Shown piece after piece: positions 56,101 to 64,000 of a DNA stretch of 64,000 bases. Below the pieces are notes generated by a model. The model saw only the letters and a list, made by a program, of their open reading frames with translations, was not told the origin of the DNA and did not search any database. The stretch spans positions 15,828,871 to 15,892,870 of the forward strand of contig NC_092676.1 in NCBI RefSeq assembly GCF_964355755.1, read 5' to 3'. The position numbers and the translations under genes were made by a program. Position 1 is the first letter of the stretch. Every line of letters begins with the position of its first letter. The stretch comes from Antedon mediterranea. Lineage: Eukaryota > Animalia > Echinodermata.

Positions 56101-59100
56101 CACATAGAAAAACTAGGATATGCATTTCCGCAGATTTGCATGTATTTTTTCATCTTATGTTTGACAAACAATGTTGATTGTGCAATATCGTTCACTGTGA
56201 AGGTGAATTGAACAATTTAAAGGAAGACTAAAAGCTGATTTGAAATTGTATCGTTTAGGCACTACAGTAAGCAGTCTAAGTTAAGCGGTACTTAAAGCAA
56301 ACAACATTTGCAAACATATATTTCATAAAATCTAAGTGATATATTTCATAAATGAGGAATGTAATTCATCAATTCAAGATAAGCTATATAAAATATATCT
56401 AGAACATTGTATACAATGTGGTATGTGTGTAAACATGAACGTAACCATTACATGAAACCCAACAAAATAAAACTATGTGTTCAATTTTAGTTCTCTACCG
56501 GCCAAACTTTTATAAAAAATCCAAAAGTTTCTGCTTTTGGGAAATTAAACCATATTGAGATTCTACATGAATCCGAAAAACAGCATAAAATACAGGACAT
56601 ATGAAAATGATAACATTAATAACTTCTGAAAGTGTCAAAGAAACAAAACGTCGACAGAAGTTGTCTAAAAAGAAAAGTTAATTTTTACCTACCAATAGTC
56701 ATGGTATATTATATCCAAGAGTGTTTATATTGTTGTAATTCCCGAAACAAGCTATTCCCTCAAATGCTGCACCATCTAGCTAGCTTCCATACCTCTTATT
56801 GTGCCAATCTGATCAACTTTTCTTGCAACTGTTTAAGTTGTGACGTAAATGGTTACGTAAATGCGATGGTACTAAGACGTCATGGCCATTATATGCTGAC
56901 CATTATTATAAAATCCTATCGTACAGGTATTAAAATAACTGACCTTTATTATACCAATAACTATTCTTGACGCAAGTTTCATTCTTTCAAAATATATTTA
57001 ACTGGTCATGTTTTCAATTTTGGTTACTTTTTGGCCAAATTGCATTACAGTATAACCAAGTCTACAATATGGTTTGATAATGCATCAAACATCAAGTTAA
57101 TAATACAATTATGGTCAATAGTGATGGATGTTTTAAAATACAAAAATATATTTATATTTTGACCAATAAAACTATAAAACTAAATAAATATAATGCACTG
57201 ATGAAGGGCAGTGTAGCTCTGCTAACTTTTCTGGCTGTTTTACTTTATCGTTTTGATTTAGCTTTTCGCTTTTTTTTATATCTCCATTGAGATCCAGCCA
57301 CTGATACCCACAGCATTGTCATTTTTTTCAGTAATTTGCCTTTGGATTTATATATAAATATATGACAAAATGAATCTACTGTATCTTGTCATATGTGGAA
57401 TGAACTGGCTGTACCCATCCTCCTCTTGCCCTCTTTAAAGGTCAAACAGAACAAAATGGCTCCTAGCAATTATTTTCATGAGGATGACCACATACTGAAT
57501 ACATACATATTGAAATCTTTTAAAAAATAAAAAAGTAATCTATTATTTTAATATCGAAGACACAAGTGTAACTCACAATATTTCCAAATGCTAGAAAATG
57601 TATTTAAGTCCAACAGTGAAGTAAAACTATAAAAATCCCATGAAACATATAACAAGCATGCACTATCAATGGGCAAACACACACTTAATATAATTATTAA
57701 AATTGTCTCAATAAAAAAATAATTAAGTTTATAGTATATTGGCTATTTCGCCAACATTTTAAAATAGGGATACTGGTACTTGCTATATAACATTGGATGT
57801 TTTTTTACGTAACTGTATAATGATTTATTTTAAATCACATTTTATATGAAATGTTTTAAAAAATATAAACATTTAAAACAAATTTGAAATACTGCTAAAA
57901 TGTGTTTGATTCCGAACATAAACTTAATTTTAAATTGATATGGCCTTCCTCTACCAAGTTGAACAAAAAAACACACCTTATAGGAAGTAATCTCTTCAGG
58001 TATACTCATTATAAGTGTATTATTATTAATAATAAATGCCATAAACAGTTGGCAAGTCTAATAAGGCAAAACAAAAAGCCAACAAAATAAGGCGGAAAAC
58101 CAAATAAAAGGGGAAAAAGGGCAAAATAAGTTTATTATTGAGAAACACTTTTGATTTTGTTTAAAAGCAAAATCAAAACAATATTTTGAAAATCTGATTT
58201 ACTACAAAGTAGTATACATTTAACTGGAGTTGTCTCAATTTCAGTATTTAGGTACTTAAATTAGAAATGCACAAATTAATAAATTAGAAAAAAAAAAAAA
58301 AAATCGAAAAAAAGGGGAAAATATATTTGTTTCCCTATTAACGATTTAAATTGATTATAATAGATATAATAGTGTGTTTGTGATGCTAATACTGTAATTA
58401 CAGTACTTCCTGATTAATATAGGTCTTATGTTTTATGCAATTTTAGAGTAAAACAACTTGAAAACATGCAACAATGACGTCAAATTGCTTGATAATCATA
58501 CAGCAAAAATCAGTATGCTGACTTGGAAACAACAGCTTAAAATCCAATTTGCATGACGCTGATGACATCATTCTAGTGATTCAGGAACTAAGGGTATTTT
58601 TAGTACCAAGTTGTTATGAGTGTAATACCAAATTTATTGTATATGTGTTGAGCAATTTAATTGGAATCAACATAGTCTGACATCACAGCATTATTTTTAC
58701 AATACTTTTTTATAATTAATCATGATATAGTTAACGTCATCCACTGATCAGTTTGCTTGTAGCATGTTTACTAGCGTCATACTCGACAATGAATAATTAA
58801 AAAAGCAAGTTGTTAAAACAACAACTCAAGATTCTTATTAACTTTTTTAATGACTTATCTATGGTGTATACTACATATGTTTTAATATACTTTTATTAAA
58901 TTCATAGAATTATGTAACAGAATCCTAATTTGTTATTAAAGACAAGTGACATTCAAGATGCATCATATTACATATTTGATTACTGTATTATGTTAGTAGT
59001 ATCAATAGATTATACTCTAGCTAGTGGCATTTAAAAAACACAATCTGTATTAATTGCATACAAATAACTTTTTCCATCATTAAAATTCTTCATGTTATGA

Positions 59101-59318
59101 ATAAAGGAGAGGCAGATGAGCCTACCATGTTCACTGGATTTACTATGCTTAGTTTCTTGTTCTTGTTTGGTTAGCCATTCTCGATTGAGAACATCAGGCC
59201 ATCATTTACTGAAGTTGACATATACTGTATATATATTTTAGTTATAGTTTACGATATAATGAAATTAAGTTTAATTAAACATGCACCTATTTTTAAAAAT
59301 CCCACTTTCTTCTCATAA

Positions 59319-62300
59319 TTAGGTGATCATTTAGAATAAAATGATCACCTATTGTTATTGTACAAAATCTTTATTGTTATTAGTTATCCGCTTAGTAGCG
59401 GATAACTCCTTGTAATCGTCCTGTTTCATCAAATTTTTTTCCTGTATTATACTTCTTTCTTTCTGTCATTTTTGTGCGTCGCGTTTCTCTAAAACTTGTA
59501 AACAGAACATATCGTAACTTTGTCAACATATCGAAATTTACGTGAACTTGTGCACCTCCTATTTTTGAATGACGTCAGAGTTGCGCAACGTGACTTACGC
59601 GCGATTTTATGAATTTCAATGATTGATCATAGACTAAAAACCAAACATAATTTTGTTTTGACACTTTGTGAAAATTTAAGTCATATCAAGCGCAAACTTT
59701 CTATGGATTAAAAATAGCATGTTTCACAATAAGTTACGCGCGCACGCGCGTTTAAAATTTTAGAAAGCGAAAAATCAACTTCTAATCAACTTTCTATGCG
59801 TTTCATGTCATTTTGAGCATGTCAAAAATTCCCACGCGCGCGAAAATTTTTACGCACGCGGTGCACACGTAGCGTTAAAAACATATTTTTTTCGCGTGAT
59901 TTATGTTTTTTCAGCCTTTTCTAGTAATGGTACCAAATTTTAAACAATTTCGACTTAAAATTACGTCATACGAGCACGTCGAATTAGATAATTTGCACGC
60001 GTTTTTGGTGAAAAAGTTCGAAAATTCGTCAAAATTATGCCTATTTTTAAACATTCATAGATTCTAAACTACATGGGGAACTTTTTTTTAATTACATATT
60101 CTGGAAGTTGATGAGTTGTAGATATCGGATCATACATTAATATGGCTAACCGGACATTGTGACGTCATCGTATGGACACGCGAATATAAAATATAGGATT
60201 TTTGTTTCTTTCGTCATAGCTCATCACATTTAATAGAGCGCATCTCCACTTATTCGTTGTCCATTTTCACCCCGATTTTAATATATTCTAGGTCAATCAA
60301 CTATCTTTTGCATGAATTTAAAATTTTTTAATTTTTTTAACGTCATCATGCCTAAAAATTTAAATTACTTTGGTCATTAATTTCATCTTTACAGTAAATT
60401 TTAATCTGTTATAGCTCGTAAGAATAAAATGTGATAATCACGATTAAAACGTTTTCAGGAAGCTATTGTATTGTAGATACAAAATCATGTGAAAATTGTG
60501 CCAATCGAATGTTGTGACGTCATCATATGGCCAGTTATATAAAAAAAGTCGTATTTTCATCTTTTGCGTTATATTTCATTACATTTAAAAGAGCGCGCAT
60601 CAATATTTCACGTATTCAAATTTCTTCTACACGTTAATATGTTGTTGCTGAGATAATTTCATTCTGAAATTTCTACTTTTGCATTTCATTTTGAAACCGT
60701 CAAGATGTTAACAATTACAATAAAATACGGGTCGCGTAATTTCACCTATTTTACACTGTTTGTGATATGTATACAGATTGTACTGTGTATACTATGTATA
60801 TGACACAAAATAACAGAATTCAGAAATAACATATCATATTCTTCAGTTCAGGTCATAATGCCTTAATATTTTTCTGTGTGCAATAAACTAACGTATGACG
60901 TGCACGTGGCGTTTGTCGAGCGGATAACTAACTCGTCAAAGTGACGAGTTTCATGTCTAGTTATTCTTCTTTCTGTACACTTTTTGTTCATCAAATATCT
61001 CAAAAAGTTGAATAGCAATGATCACAAAAATTTCACAATGTCTTTCAAATGCTTTAACTTAGCCATAATAAGCTTTTCAGCGTGATCTCTCACCCGTGAC
61101 GTCACGTATACGCCATTTTGTGAAATCACATTATCAATCATATATCCATAACTCATTATCACATATTTATGAAATTCACTACACGTAAACTTCAGGTCAA
61201 GGGTAAAAATATTAGCAAGTAAAAACGCGCGCGCAAGTAGGGTCATGCGCGTAGAATCGCGCATTAAAAATTTAAAAAGCTCAAAATTACGTTTTAATCA
61301 ATTTAGAGCATGAATTAGGCCATTTGCGTGTTTCAAAAAATTACTGCGCAAAAAAAATATTTTGCGCGCGCGATACTTACAAAGCGTAAAAATTGCAATT
61401 TTTTTATACAAATCGCGTTCTACTCACCATCCTTAGTACATTCACCAAATTTGAGTCAGTTCCGACTTAAAATAACGCTATACGAGCAGGTTAAAAATAA
61501 CAAAATGCGCAAATTAATTGCATCAAAGTGCTGAAAATGGTGAAAAATAAGGCCTTCTTAAAATGAATATAACTCTTCAGAATGGCAGGTGACCCCAAAT
61601 TTTTTTAACTTATTCGGGAAGCCATTGGGTTGTAGATACATATTCATGTACACATTAGACGTACAAAATGGTATGACGTCATCAAATGGCCACTTCAATT
61701 TAAAAATTAGTAATTTTTATCTTTTTGTGTGGGTTATCACATTCAATAGAGCGCATCTCCGTTATTTGAGCCCGATTTTTGCCGAAATTTTAGTATGTGC
61801 TTGCTCAATTAATTATCTTTCTCATCAGTTGTCAACATTTTTATTTTGATGACGTCATCATGTGTAAAAACTTTAATAACCAAGGTCGTGCAATTTCAGC
61901 TACACCATACATTTGAATATGTTATAGCTCTTCAGAATTAAAGGTGACCTTGAAGATTATAATTTATTATGAAAGCTGATTAAATTTAGATATGAATTCA
62001 TATAAAAATTAAGCCTAACGGATGTTGTGATGTTATCATATGGCCAGTTGAAGTTAAAACGTTGTTTTTAAATTTCTTTAGTCAAAGTTATACAAATTTC
62101 AAAGAGCGCGCATTGAGCTTCTACGTGTCAAATTATCTTCCAATCCTTATATTTATTTGCTCAATTCATTATCTTTCAAAATTGTCATCTTTGAGTTTAT
62201 TTTGATAATTCCATTATACCAAAAAATTAGAACATGATGTGTGTCCCGTAATTTCACCTATGCTACACTGTATATAGATATACAGTATATACTGTACATA

Positions 62301-62476
62301 TTGTATATGACACATAATAGGAACAACTCAGCACTGTAAGCGTATAACAGGATGGTATACATCAACATTTTCCTATTGCATGTTAACGTACGTGCATGTT
62401 TAAAAAATATTAATGTAAGTAAAGCGATAAAAATGATCACCTATAATTCGTCAAAGTGACGAATTAAATTCTAGTT
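59319..62476 (+). mobile_element. Outer Helentron/HINE-like element
   Basis: The 5' end has AGGTGATCATT with a nearby inverted copy AATGATCACCT (59321-59350). The 3' end has AATGATCACCT (62432-62442), hairpin AATTCGTCA-AAG-TGACGAATT and CTAGTT (62471-62476). Confidence 0.75.
59380..60962 (+). mobile_element. Inner Helentron/HINE-like element nested in the outer one
   Basis: 5' AGTTATCCGCT-TAGT-AGCGGATAACT. 3' AGCGGATAACT, hairpin AACTCGTCA-AAG-TGACGAGTT and CTAGTT. The internal sequence is homologous to 60963-62430. Confidence 0.75.
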
Positions 62477-63559
62477 TTCTTTAGCGCTATCTGTTAAAAT
62501 AATATATATCATCAATAGAGGAAGTTAAATTTTGAGTTCAAGAAAACTTATCCACAGCAAAAAGTAAAAAAAAAAAGGAAAAAATTAATTTAAACAAAAA
62601 ATATTTACTTTTCACACTAAACTGAACATACTGTATAATTATAAGTCTCATTCAACAAATTGAATGTCACAAAGTCTTTAGAATTGCTCAGAAGATTAAC
62701 ATCATTATCTATTATGTTCATTAATAATTAATGATGGATCAATGCGCAGTAGGCCTATATGTAGCCCAATTAGTCTGCAGCCATTATGTAGGTAATCATT
62801 CTCAACAAATAAACCTGTCTTGAATACAAATGATCAAATATTGAATATTGCTATTACAGTAAAGTACGTCAGAGATGACATCACACAGTACATTGGCAGA
62901 AATGGTATATCATATAAGGTCATGGTTTTATAGTCAACCACTCAAGTGCAAAATGTTGTCCCGCGCAAAAGAAAGTTCATGTTTAATCTTCGTTCATCTT
63001 TATGGATGATAAAAAATGAAAACATGCCGATATTTAATTTTTTCTGTATTTCACAAAACATAACTTTCAATAATGTACAGTATAAGGGTTGACCTAACAT
63101 GGTCTATGAATAATTAGGCTGCGACATACTGATACATGTTAACCTTAGGTTGATGTAACATGTTTGTGTATGCCCTAAACAAACATAATTTGAAGTTTGC
63201 ATCTTATAACAATGGAGTCTAATGTTGTTATGGAGCAAAGGTTAAACATTAAACACAGTTTTTGTTTATTGAAAAACAAAAATAACCTACAAACACTACT
63301 GTAAAATTGTTAGAATTAAGCCTACAGTAGCATTATCAGCAAGGAAATATCTCCATAATTTAATTAACAGTAGACCTACACATTTGTCTTCTCACTTTTT
63401 GACATCCCTTTAAATAGTAATTTGTAATTTACTTGAAATATTGGGATCCATCATTAAAACTTGATATTTAAGTGATCATGCTTCAGTATATAAAAACATT
63501 AAGTCCCTTATCCATTTCTGAATATTAGGAGCTCATTTTACTGAGCCTCAACATTATGT

Positions 63560-63694
63560 GTTGGGAGGCCAGCTTCTTTTCACGCTGCCTTCCTAGTATT
63601 ATCAACTAGATACTCATTTACAGCTAAGTAGACTGGGAGGTTGTCGGGAATTGAACGTGGGTCTTTCTGTATGTCCTAACCACTCGGCTACCCC
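63560..63694 (-). mobile_element. Degenerate tRNA-derived SINE
   Basis: Minus strand GGGGTAGCCGAGTGGTTAGG (A box) and GTTCAATTCCC (B box), followed by GTCTACTTAGCTGTAAATGAGTATC, which resembles the conserved central domain of Deu/Meta-type SINEs. Confidence 0.55.
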
Positions 63695-63909
63695 AAGTCA
63701 GCTTCGTCACCGCCAATTGTGATTTTAATCAAATAAACAGTAAACCTTTGTAAGAATCTGGAATCTTATTGACTGGTCTGTAGGGCTCATATCATAAGTG
63801 AACATTTAATGTGTTTGTTGATTTTTCTAATGTTGTTTATTTTCTATTAGTTATACAGTATATTAAACATATTTGGATATAATAAATTAATGCAATAACT
63901 ATTTCTCAC

Positions 63910-63978
63910 CTGTGATTTGCATAAATAGTATTCATTGTCATTGAGGTAGAGATCATCACTTGGAAAGCGCTCCTGAAT
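63910..63978 (-). CDS. Candidate internal coding exon (69 nt, phase 0-0), possibly of a longer ARHGAP20-like isoform starting beyond the window
   Basis: TTGCAG|ATT CAG GAG CGC...TCA CAG|GTGAGA, with open frame IQERFPSDDLYLNDNEYYLCKSQ. Confidence 0.45.
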
Positions 63979-64000
63979 CTGCAACAATTTTGTTTCATTT

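Overview
AT-rich eukaryotic genomic DNA with spliceosomal GT-AG introns, most consistent with an invertebrate animal (taxon is inference only). There are five host genes. On the minus strand: a ferritin whose ferroxidase ligands are substituted (3 exons visible), a flavin/biliverdin-IXbeta reductase (BLVRB-like), an Ashwin (C2orf49)-like gene, and a large ARHGAP20-like PH-RA-RhoGAP gene with several candidate alternative 5' exons. On the plus strand: a TRIM (RING-Bbox-Bbox-coiled coil-filamin) gene with an intronless CDS. Non-coding space is dominated by mobile DNA. A putative Ashwin intron holds a nested series: a 27-bp minisatellite contains a near full-length Penelope/Poseidon retroelement, which contains a hAT-type element with an 8-bp TSD. 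BLVRB intron 2 holds a (TA)n-delimited cluster of a second Penelope-like fragment plus tandem and inverted 364-bp modules, each complete module carrying a full tRNA-like cloverleaf with the unusual anticodon ATC. Also present are Helentron/HINE-like elements (two nested), a LINE 3' end, a SINE, MITE/foldback elements and several tandem arrays. All calls are from manual reading; no searches were run.
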